DNA of 64,000 nt from Bdellovibrionota bacterium. GTDB taxonomy: Bacteria; Bdellovibrionota_G; JALEGL01; DATDPG01. This document shows positions 35,076 to 43,236 of this stretch, piece by piece. A program made the translations under genes and the position numbers. Below the pieces are notes generated by a model. The model made no database searches, was not told the origin of the DNA, and saw nothing but the letters and a program-made list of their open reading frames with translations. Location of the stretch: the NCBI GenBank assembly GCA_035292885.1, contig DATDPG010000019.1, forward strand, positions 59,570-123,569. Direction: 5' to 3'. How positions within the stretch are numbered: the stretch's first letter is position 1; every line of letters starts with the position of its first letter.

Positions 35076-35861
35076 TTGTTCCGCCATTCCAATACGGGTC
35101 GTATTCTGCTGTTTTTGACAGTCCTGATCTCCATCACTTCGGCGCAGGCGGCGGAAGATTTTTCACCGGGATCCTTTGAACTGCCGCCCCATCCTCGTTT
35201 TACGGCATTCAGACAGAGCCTATTGGCCGAACAAGCAGCCCTCATCGCCGGAACAACCTTCGCCGCATCGTTTCTGGCGTATCGCCTGGTGGATACACCG
35301 CTCGGGGTCGACGGAAGCGCCGGCGCTTTAGGACCCGCCAGTCAATGGATCTCGGATATCGGCAACTATCTTCCGTTTGCGCTGCCGGTCGGGTTTTTTG
35401 CCGCGGGCCAGTTTTTCGAAAAGGGAAGTCTGGAGAGGTCCGAGGCATTTAAGACGGCCCAGGAGTTGGCCGAAGCGATCGCCCTAACCTACGGAACGAC
35501 GATAGGACTCAAGTACGCCGTGGGCCGAACGAGACCGAACGGTCAGGATGATGCATCGTTCCCCTCCGGTCACGCGTCGATGGCCTTTGCTGCGGCCGGC
35601 GTCCTCGCGCAACGATTTCCTTGGTACGTTGGCGTCCCCTCCGTGGCGTTCGCCAGCGCAGTTGGGTTCACCCGGTTGGACCTGGGCAAACACTACCTCT
35701 CCGATGTCGCTGTCGGAGCAGGATTGGGTCTCTTCTTCGCCACCACGGTTCACCTCTACCATTCCAATTTGTCTTTTATGGCCCATAAGCCATCGCAGCA
35801 GACGGTTGTCCCGATGGTGGCAAAAAACATTTTAGGTCTCAGCTTCACGGGGACCTTTTAG
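35076..35861 (+). CDS. PAP2-family (acid) phosphatase, membrane/periplasmic
   Basis: KYAVGRTRP, PSGH and TRLDLGKHYLSDV give the three PAP2 motifs. N-terminal signal ILLFLTVLISITSAQA. Confidence 0.85.
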   Translation: MFRHSNTGRILLFLTVLISITSAQAAEDFSPGSFELPPHPRFTAFRQSLLAEQAALIAGTTFAASFLAYRLVDTPLGVDGSAGALGPASQWISDIGNYLPFALPVGFFAAGQFFEKGSLERSEAFKTAQELAEAIALTYGTTIGLKYAVGRTRPNGQDDASFPSGHASMAFAAAGVLAQRFPWYVGVPSVAFASAVGFTRLDLGKHYLSDVAVGAGLGLFFATTVHLYHSNLSFMAHKPSQQTVVPMVAKNILGLSFTGTF

Positions 35862-35955
35862 TCTTCGATTTGGAAATCGGCCGACGTCGCTGCTGACTCA
35901 GGTGATCAAGTAAACCCGCTTGATTTTAGCGGTTTATGTGGTATAACGCCTTGCG

Positions 35956-37113
35956 TTGGTATCCACAAAAAAAATCATCTTTTTCTTATTCGCTTTGATA
36001 ACCTTTGCACCCCCCTCCCAGGCGGAGGGGCCGGTCCTGGGTATCGGCGATGTCTTAAATCTTCTTACCGAGCTGCGTAGGTTCCATCAGAATTGCATTC
36101 CGGACGATGGCAGAGAGGTTTCCGAGGATACCCACGCGTTTTTAAATGAATGGAACAACCTCTCCACTCTGCCGTTCAACGCAATCGACTACCCGGCTCT
36201 GGCCGCAAAGATGGGGCCGAGTCTCTTACGAATGGGGAAGCTTCTCCACAGATACACCTATGGCGGGTCCTATGACGAACTGAATCCCGGTCATTCACGG
36301 GAGTTCGGCAACGGTACAAGGAGTCGCAATTTCAGGGGACGCCGCAATCATGAACTCAGAGATCCGGAGAATTGCGGCCCGCCGGTCGTCGACAGAATTC
36401 TCGCTGAGAAACAATGGGACAGAGTCCCCGGTTTCGACCCCAGCGTTTGGCGGCAACGTAATTCATTGGTAACGCAAGCCAGATCGCTCCTTCAACCGAG
36501 TCTAATCGTAACGGCGACGACAGCAGCGGCTGTCGCTGCGCTCTCTAGTCTCGCTTTACGTCAACCATCCGCTCTCCTCTCTCAAGCGAGTTCACCAATA
36601 ATTATGCCCAGGCTAACGGACCAGATCGTTCCAGACGCCGAGATACGACGTGACCCACCAGAAGTGTTCCTCGCTCTTTGCAGCGCTATCACATCGAATG
36701 GCCGGTGCGAACCGGAGCTCGATATAAACTGGCAAAAGCTTTACGTGTTGTATGCCTCGCGGGCGATCAACGACTTTTCCGAAGTGGTGACGAAGGAAAT
36801 CGAATTCCGGGAGAAAATCCTACAAGGTTACCGACCGACTCTCGCCCAACTGCTGGAGATGTACGCGCGCCGAGATGTTCTGGGTCAGATCAAGATCTGC
36901 GACGGAAACATCGAGAGCTGTTTGCCTCCTGAAAAGGGTTTTCATTATCAAAAGGCCGCACAGATTCTTCAATGTCTTGATAACGATGCGGAAGGCTGTC
37001 GTGAACTTCCGGAAGGCTTCGGGAAGCTCAGCCGGGGCTACGTTGATAAAGCGATCAAACGACAGTTCGGAATAAGACCTTTTCCATCTCGCCTTCCTCC
37101 GAAGTGGAGCTAA
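35956..37113 (+). CDS. Secreted hypothetical protein
   Basis: 385-aa ORF with a TTG start and signal peptide KKIIFFLFALITFAPPSQA. No motif recognised. The region looks more AT-rich than its flanks. Confidence 0.5.
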   Translation: MVSTKKIIFFLFALITFAPPSQAEGPVLGIGDVLNLLTELRRFHQNCIPDDGREVSEDTHAFLNEWNNLSTLPFNAIDYPALAAKMGPSLLRMGKLLHRYTYGGSYDELNPGHSREFGNGTRSRNFRGRRNHELRDPENCGPPVVDRILAEKQWDRVPGFDPSVWRQRNSLVTQARSLLQPSLIVTATTAAAVAALSSLALRQPSALLSQASSPIIMPRLTDQIVPDAEIRRDPPEVFLALCSAITSNGRCEPELDINWQKLYVLYASRAINDFSEVVTKEIEFREKILQGYRPTLAQLLEMYARRDVLGQIKICDGNIESCLPPEKGFHYQKAAQILQCLDNDAEGCRELPEGFGKLSRGYVDKAIKRQFGIRPFPSRLPPKWS

Positions 37114-37129
37114 ACAACAGAATATGCGT

Positions 37130-38365
37130 CTACGGTAAGTGCTTCGCATTCGGACTCGCCGGAGCCAGGCTCGTCAGAAACGCATAGAGATCCGCCATCT
37201 CCCGGCCCGTCAGTTTGGGCCACTTCAAGTGTTGCTCGGTATGCTTCTCTTGCATCTCGGTGGAGTGGTTCCACATCGCCGCGACCATGCCCATGGGGGA
37301 GTTCAATTTGCTGATGGCGGCGAAATCTTTCGCCGCGTTTCGTCCCTTGCCGTTTAAGGAGTGGCACGTCAGGCATTCTCGGTCCCTAACGAGATTCTCC
37401 CCTGTGGCGGGGCTCCCCGGTGCGTCCTCCAGTTTCATGCTGTAGAGATACGCGATGACGTGCGCCATCTCCCCCTCCTTGAAATCCGGGAACGTGAGTT
37501 TCTTTTCTTTCATCATCTCCCACATGGCGGGGCCGTGATTCCACATCTTGGCCGCGATCTCGGTCACGGGATAGTTGAAATCGACCTCAGCGAAATCGGG
37601 CGCCGTGGTTGGTGGTTTGGCACGGAACGAATGGCAATGCATGCACCCTTTTTCGGTCAAGAGTTCCTTCCCCTTTGAGGGATCGCCGAGGTCATAGTCG
37701 CTGGCCGGGAAGACGGTCGGGGCCATATACGAACGGATTCCGGCGGCCAGGGCGTCCATCTCGTCCTCTTCGATGACGGGCCGATCGATCTTGTACTTCT
37801 CAAAAAGCGCCAGCATTTTCGGGCCATGGTTCCACATCGCTTCCGCCAGTCGGATGGGGGAGATGTATTCCTTTTTCGCGCTGATGTCGGGAGCGATTCG
37901 GGCGCCTTCCCCTCCAAATTGATGACAAGAGAAGCATCCCTTTTCCTTCAGCACCTTTCTTCCCATCGATTCCCTCACCGGTTCCGCCATGTACCGGATG
38001 AAAGAGAGATAGCGAACCAGCTCGGACATCTCCTTCGGCGTGAACTTCGGAAAGGCATACCCTTTGGTCTCGATCTTCTTCGCCATTCTCGGAAGGTGAT
38101 TCCACATGACGGAAGAAAGCTCGAGGTATGTACCGTAAAACTTGCGGTTGCCCAGGTCGGGACCGCCGCGGCCCCCCCTCCCGTACACGGAATGGCACTG
38201 CGCGCATCCCTTCTGATGGAAGACTTCCCGACCCGGCCACGGTGAGGCCGAAGTGGCTGCTTCCTGCGCCCGAAGGGCGAAAATGGAGCCGGATGACATC
38301 AGGAGATACGCGAGAATGAATTGCAGGAGGCGGATGCAGTTTCTCCGGGTAGTGGACATAGTCAC
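37130..38365 (-). CDS. Tetrahaem cytochrome c built from four tandem class-I-like domains (paralog of 21720..22931)
   Basis: Signal LLQFILAYLLMSSGSIFALRA. CAQCH, CFSCH, CMHCH, CLTCH, each followed by MWNHxxxM. Confidence 0.85.
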   Translation of the reverse strand: MTMSTTRRNCIRLLQFILAYLLMSSGSIFALRAQEAATSASPWPGREVFHQKGCAQCHSVYGRGGRGGPDLGNRKFYGTYLELSSVMWNHLPRMAKKIETKGYAFPKFTPKEMSELVRYLSFIRYMAEPVRESMGRKVLKEKGCFSCHQFGGEGARIAPDISAKKEYISPIRLAEAMWNHGPKMLALFEKYKIDRPVIEEDEMDALAAGIRSYMAPTVFPASDYDLGDPSKGKELLTEKGCMHCHSFRAKPPTTAPDFAEVDFNYPVTEIAAKMWNHGPAMWEMMKEKKLTFPDFKEGEMAHVIAYLYSMKLEDAPGSPATGENLVRDRECLTCHSLNGKGRNAAKDFAAISKLNSPMGMVAAMWNHSTEMQEKHTEQHLKWPKLTGREMADLYAFLTSLAPASPNAKHLP

Positions 38366-38516
38366 CTCGTCGTTTCTTGTGAGATTAAAGCCCTGCTCCG
38401 TTTATCTCATGCATGACAAGAGGGTGAACGGCTGTATATGATTTAGATCAGCTGCCGGCGGACAACCGTCTGGAGAGCAATCGACGTTGCGCTCGTGGGG
38501 TCGGCCACGAGACAAG

Positions 38517-38768
38517 CTACTTTGCGGTGCCTTTCTTCCGAAAGATTCGAATAGGAGTTCCCAGCTTGTATAGCTCGCCCACTTTGCAGATGTCTTCGCA
38601 TTGGACGGAGATGCTCGCGCCCACGACTTTTTCGACGTCCGGGATTTCCTCCCATTCCTCCTCCAGGCCGCTGATTTCGGTCGCGACGCGGTCGAGTGTT
38701 GCGTCCGGAACGAGCTTTCCGAAGTGTTTCGTCAAAACCGTTCGGATTTTATCGGCGTCCCGGGGCAT
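38517..38768 (-). CDS. Small acidic hypothetical protein
   Basis: 83-aa ORF between vapC and the tetrahaem gene. No recognisable motif. Confidence 0.4.
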   Translation of the reverse strand: MPRDADKIRTVLTKHFGKLVPDATLDRVATEISGLEEEWEEIPDVEKVVGASISVQCEDICKVGELYKLGTPIRIFRKKGTAK

Positions 38769-38828
38769 AGAATCTCTCCTTCGCTTTCCATTCTCACCGT
38801 TGTTTGCGTATTTTAAATATGACCAGGA

Positions 38829-39257
38829 TCATTCTTTGAAGGGATTGAGGATTCGCAAGTCCTCTACGTGAAAACCATGCTGCAGGTCTTCGGTATAGAG
38901 CGCGTCACAATTCGAGGCCAGTGCCTGAGCCACAATGGCCGCATCCCAGAAAGACCAGCGATAACGATGCCGAAGGCGACACGCGTGGACGAAGATTTCC
39001 TGAGTTGTCACGACCGGGTCCCATGAAAAGTAACTACGACAGACATCGACGGCATCCTCGAAGGAAAGAGGTTTCGGGATCTTGGTCGCGACCGTGACGA
39101 GAAATTCCTGCAACACCTGCAGGCTCGTCGCAGCCGATTGGTTTTCCCAATGGGCCTTTACGAGATCCGAAGATCGATTTGATTTACCGGAATCACTTCG
39201 ATCATACGCATAGACGAGAATATTCGTGTCAAAGAAAGCGCGCCTATTTTCGGACAT
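38829..39257 (-). CDS. vapC: PIN-domain toxin VapC
   Basis: RAFFDTNILVYAYD (N-terminal acidic PIN motif), plus a later FWDAAIVAQA and ...YTEDL. Overlaps the upstream antitoxin gene by 14 nt. Confidence 0.85.
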   Translation of the reverse strand: MSENRRAFFDTNILVYAYDRSDSGKSNRSSDLVKAHWENQSAATSLQVLQEFLVTVATKIPKPLSFEDAVDVCRSYFSWDPVVTTQEIFVHACRLRHRYRWSFWDAAIVAQALASNCDALYTEDLQHGFHVEDLRILNPFKE

Positions 39258-39489
39258 GCAGGGCGTCCCTCGACCAGGTCACCTTTCCCACTTCATACAG
39301 GCCCTTCGCCATTCTTCGCATTTCCTTGCGAAACGCACGTTGATGAAGCGATTTCCGCGAAATGAGTTCGTGGGCGTATTTGGCAAGAAGCCTGGAGACA
39401 GACTGGTTGGCTTCGGCCGCGGCGATTCGGAGCTTTCGCAACAACGGGCGGGGGAGGGTCAACGTGATGTTTTCGAGATCTCTCTTCAT
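39244..39489 (-). CDS. vapB: Ribbon-helix-helix antitoxin VapB
   Basis: Start at MKRDLENITLTLPRPLLRKLRIAAAEANQSVSRLL (RHH beta-strand + helix pattern). Confidence 0.7.
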   Translation of the reverse strand: MKRDLENITLTLPRPLLRKLRIAAAEANQSVSRLLAKYAHELISRKSLHQRAFRKEMRRMAKGLYEVGKVTWSRDALHVRK

Positions 39490-39551
39490 TACACTATTAT
39501 CGTGTAACACGATTATCGTGTCAATGCCTCGACCGGGTGGTGCCAAGACAG

Positions 39552-40793
39552 TTACTTGCGCGGCGGAGGAAGCGAACGGATTTTGAGAGCCAGAGCGATG
39601 ACCAACAACGTGAGGAATATTGTGCTGATTCCGAGGCCGACTCGGCGGGTTTTGTTTTCGCGGAGAGCGGCTTTCCCCAAAGCGATGGCTTGATCCACAG
39701 CTTTTCGTCCCTCCGTGATCTTCGCCTCCACCCCCGGCATGGAAAAGGAGTGAATCTCGGTTCGTGCCTGAATCAACGCCTGCCGGGCATTTTGCATGCT
39801 GTCCTCGGCTTCGGTGACGTCCATTCCCTTGTCCCTCGCTTCTTCGATAATCTTCGAAGCTTCGGCCGAATAATTCTTCAAAGAGCCGATCATCTTGGAG
39901 AACGCCATGGCCACGGCGGCGCCTTTATCCCCCTCTTTGTGGCACTTGGCGCAGATCGCGCCTTGCTGCGTCCCGATCCGGTCATCTGAGATGTGAACGA
40001 TCAGATGATTGCCGTGGCAGGAAATGCATTCGCCGTAGGGATCCTTCTGCAGGGCTTTCGCCATGGGACTCTTGAGAAACAGCTCGGCGTTGTGGACGTG
40101 GCAGGAGCCGCAAATATGGGCGATGGATTTCAGTCCCGGCGGTGTGGCGCCGTGGTTGCCGTGACAATCGTTGCAGGCGGGAGCGCCCCGGACATCTCCT
40201 TTTTCAAGCAGAGCTTTCCCATGCACACTTTTCGCGTACTCGGCATAGACGGTCGTCGAGATCTTGTACGGCTTCATATATTCGGGGTCGGCGTGGCAAT
40301 GGGCGCACATCGTCGGCAGGTTCACCGCGTAAACCGGAGACTTCGCGTCGTTGACTTTCCGGATGTTGTGCACGCTGTGGCAGCTGACGCATTCGGCGAC
40401 TTTGGTGTCCCCCTGTTTCAGTTTCTTGCCGTGCTGGCTGGTCAGGTAGAGCTCATACTGATCGACCCGAAGCATCGGGTTGTATTTCTTCATGAAGACC
40501 GGGTTGCTGTGGCATTTCGCGCAAAGTTTCGGAATGTCCGCCCTCTTCGGCGCCCCTTTGAAGCCTTTCTTCGGGTCCATTGAGATATCTTGGTCGTCCG
40601 AGGTCGGATCTCCGCCGTGGCATTCGTTGCACCCGATTCCCGCCGTGGCGTGCACGTCATCCTTCCAGCGGGTGGAGGGCTCATCTTCCATCGACTGATG
40701 GCAGATAAGGCATTGGCCGCCGGGCAGCGCAGCAGCTTCTTCGGCGTATGCCGACGAAAGTACGTTCAGCAGAATGAATAAAATCCAACTCAT
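39552..40793 (-). CDS. Nonahaem cytochrome c with C-terminal TM anchor (partner of the Rieske/cyt b complex)
   Basis: Start MSWILFILLNVLSSAYA in an ATGA overlap with the cyt b stop. CLICH, CNECH, CAKCH, CVSCH, CAHCH, CNDCH, CGSCH, CISCH, CAKCH. C-terminal GLGISTIFLTLLVIALAL. Confidence 0.85.
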   Translation of the reverse strand: MSWILFILLNVLSSAYAEEAAALPGGQCLICHQSMEDEPSTRWKDDVHATAGIGCNECHGGDPTSDDQDISMDPKKGFKGAPKRADIPKLCAKCHSNPVFMKKYNPMLRVDQYELYLTSQHGKKLKQGDTKVAECVSCHSVHNIRKVNDAKSPVYAVNLPTMCAHCHADPEYMKPYKISTTVYAEYAKSVHGKALLEKGDVRGAPACNDCHGNHGATPPGLKSIAHICGSCHVHNAELFLKSPMAKALQKDPYGECISCHGNHLIVHISDDRIGTQQGAICAKCHKEGDKGAAVAMAFSKMIGSLKNYSAEASKIIEEARDKGMDVTEAEDSMQNARQALIQARTEIHSFSMPGVEAKITEGRKAVDQAIALGKAALRENKTRRVGLGISTIFLTLLVIALALKIRSLPPPRK

Positions 40794-41881
40794 GCGAGTA
40801 CGTGTCCGGCGATGGTCATTCCTATAAAAAAAAGCAATAGCGCCATCCCGATGCCGCGGAGAATCTTTGTGGTCGATTTCTTTTTTCCGCAGTCGATCCA
40901 TGGAATAAGCAGCCAAAACACGCCGATCCCGCCGAAGATCATGTGTCCGACCAGCTCCCCGTCAATCGGCCCCACCTTGGCGGGCAAGAACTTGAGCGTC
41001 TGGAACATGAAAAGGAAATACCACTCCGGTTTGATTCCGGCCGGGGCGGAGGCGAAAGGATCGGCTTTCCTTCCCAGTTCCCAGGGGAAGAAGACCGCCA
41101 GGATCGCCAAAATATCGAGAATGATAAACCAAAGTAAAACGTCCCGGAGAAAGAAGTGCGGGAAAAACGGGATACTCTTCCGGTTTTCCGGGTGGCGTTT
41201 CCAATCTTCGGGCTCGTGCATTCCCTGGATCTGCACGAACAGCAAATGAATACCCAGAACGGAAGTGAAGATCGCCGGGAGGAGGGCGACATGCAAAGCG
41301 AAGAAGCGGGTCAGCGTAGAGCCGGTGACTTCTTCTCCGCCGCGGAGAACATGCATGAGGGTTTTCCCGATGTACGGCACGACGCCGATCATGTCGGTGC
41401 CGACCTTGGTGGCGAAGAAGGAAAGTTCGTTCCACGGCAGCAGGTAACCCGAAAACCCGAACGTCATGACGATTCCCAGAAGGGCGAGCCCCGTGACCCA
41501 GCTGAGTTCGCGGGGTTTCCTGTAAGCTCCCATGAAAAAGACGCTGAACATGTGGATGATGACGGCCAGGACCATCAAATTGGCCGACCAGCTGTGGATC
41601 GACCGGATCAGCCAGCCGAAAGGCACTTTCGATGTGATAAATTGAACGCTCTCGAAGGCCGCGTCGGCGCTCGCCTTGTAATAGAACATCAGGAGAATGC
41701 CGGTGGAGAGTTGGACGATGAAGAGAAAGAGGGAAACTCCGCCGAAGTAATACCAGATCGCGGTCTTTCCCATCGGCACTTCTTTGTGCCGCCCCCACTC
41801 AATCAGCTGTGCGATGGGATATCGGTCGGACAGCCATTCGATCGCGAGAGCGGCCCTACGCTTTAAGTGAGATGTAAACAT
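40790..41881 (-). CDS. Cytochrome b (fused b6 + subunit-IV-like) of a bc-type complex
   Basis: YYFGGVSLFLFIVQLSTGILLMFYY, RSIHSWSANLMVLAVIIHMF, GYLLPWNELSFFATKV and the PEWYFLFMFQTLK (PEWY) motif. Confidence 0.9.
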   Translation of the reverse strand: MFTSHLKRRAALAIEWLSDRYPIAQLIEWGRHKEVPMGKTAIWYYFGGVSLFLFIVQLSTGILLMFYYKASADAAFESVQFITSKVPFGWLIRSIHSWSANLMVLAVIIHMFSVFFMGAYRKPRELSWVTGLALLGIVMTFGFSGYLLPWNELSFFATKVGTDMIGVVPYIGKTLMHVLRGGEEVTGSTLTRFFALHVALLPAIFTSVLGIHLLFVQIQGMHEPEDWKRHPENRKSIPFFPHFFLRDVLLWFIILDILAILAVFFPWELGRKADPFASAPAGIKPEWYFLFMFQTLKFLPAKVGPIDGELVGHMIFGGIGVFWLLIPWIDCGKKKSTTKILRGIGMALLLFFIGMTIAGHVLA

Positions 41882-42308
41882 CTTCTCCCTGAACGTGGAC
41901 TTCGTACGTGTCGAGCGGGTGAGGCGGCGGGCCGGCCACATTGTTTCCGTTCAAATCGTATTGACCGTTGTGACAAGCGCACCAAATGCGCTCCATGTCG
42001 GGCCGGTACTGGACGATGCAGTCGAGGTGCGTGCATTTTCCCGTGAACGCGGCGAAACTGCCGTCCTTCTTGCGGACCAGCAGCGCCGGTTTGTTTCCGA
42101 ACTTGCAGATTTTCCCGCTGTTCGGGGGAATCTCGGAGACCGCAGCGACTTTCGCCGAAGAGACTTTGGCTTCGGTCTCCGCGACAGGAGTGAGGTAGCG
42201 AACGATCGGATAAAAGACGGACCCCACCCAGGCGAAACCGCTGGCCCCTAAAAGGGTGTTCAAGAATCCGCGTCGGGAGGTTTCGGTCGAGCTTCGAATC
42301 GGTTTCAT
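41856..42308 (-). CDS. Rieske [2Fe-2S] protein, Tat signal
   Basis: SRRGFLNTLLGASG. CTHLDC...CACHNGQY Rieske boxes. Confidence 0.9.
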   Translation of the reverse strand: MKPIRSSTETSRRGFLNTLLGASGFAWVGSVFYPIVRYLTPVAETEAKVSSAKVAAVSEIPPNSGKICKFGNKPALLVRKKDGSFAAFTGKCTHLDCIVQYRPDMERIWCACHNGQYDLNGNNVAGPPPHPLDTYEVHVQGEDVYISLKA

Positions 42309-42448
42309 TGAATTACAGTAACGAGATTTCGCCCCAAGAAAATGGAGGAGATTTTAGAGTGTTCCCTTGCTTCAATCCAGTTTTGAGGTCGACGAAGCGG
42401 AGTTTCGCAGGATCGGAAAGGTCGACCATGATCCAAATCAGCTTGAAA

Positions 42449-42604
42449 TTACGACGAACGGTTGATTTTTAACCACCGGTCTCGGAGCGCGGGGTTATTT
42501 CTCCAGACCTCAAAGATCATCCTTCGGTATCCTTCGAGCCAAAGAATAATCTGTTCAGGCGTGAGTTTGGGTGTTCGTCCCCAGTCATGAGTTGTTTTAG
42601 GCAC
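42449..42604 (-). CDS. Possible 51-aa small ORF downstream of the NTase-fold gene (below track cutoff)
   Basis: GTG start overlapping the NTase stop. Hand translation gives MPKTTHDWGRTPKLTPEQIILWLEGYRRMIFEVWRNNPALRDRWLKINRSS. It resembles the small protein at 23509..23691. Confidence 0.25.
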   Translation of the reverse strand: MPKTTHDWGRTPKLTPEQIILWLEGYRRMIFEVWRNNPALRDRWLKINRSS

Positions 42605-43094
42605 TTTCTTGCCCTGTAAGTTTTCTCAATTCCGCTGCGTCGAAAAGGTCCTTGTCTCTGCCGGCTCTGTCCTTCATTTCAATCAGGTCCATTTTGCCGA
42701 TCACTCTAATTTTAATTCCAAAGGCATCGACCAACAATTGCCTGCCCGCAAGTTCCTGAAATGGCTTGGGTTCTTGTGAAAAGACATCGATGACTTCAAA
42801 TGGATTTCCCGGGTGAATGAAAGAGAAAACCATCATTCCCTTTTCCTCTATCCATTCTTTGCGTTTATGCGCATCGGCGAAATCTTTTGCATCAACCGGC
42901 AGGCGGGGCTTGAAACCAAGATGCGAGACCATTTCTACAAATGCCAGGACATTTTTGCGCTCAAGGTGCACGATGAGATCAAGATCCACGGTCGCTCGTT
43001 GGACCTGATGAAAATTCACGGCGAATCCGCCTGCGACGAGATACTCGATTTTTCTTCGGTCAAGCTCAATGAAAAGTTCTTTGTACGGAACCAT
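42597..43094 (-). CDS. Nucleotidyltransferase-fold protein (paralog of 22946..23512)
   Basis: LVAGGFAVNFHQVQRATVDLDLIV and VIGKMDLIEMKDRAGRDKDLFDAAEL. AT-richer than its flanks. Confidence 0.55.
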   Translation of the reverse strand: MVPYKELFIELDRRKIEYLVAGGFAVNFHQVQRATVDLDLIVHLERKNVLAFVEMVSHLGFKPRLPVDAKDFADAHKRKEWIEEKGMMVFSFIHPGNPFEVIDVFSQEPKPFQELAGRQLLVDAFGIKIRVIGKMDLIEMKDRAGRDKDLFDAAELRKLTGQESA

Positions 43095-43236
43095 CGTTCG
43101 ATACTGTAACGAATCTGGGTAGAAATTCCCATTCGTCGCCTTGGGAGGATGGCGAAGGCCTCATCGGCGTGTAAAACCGATCGGACGGCGTCCCGCGGAA
43201 TCAAAGACTTTCCAAGATTCTCTCTCTAAGTATGGG

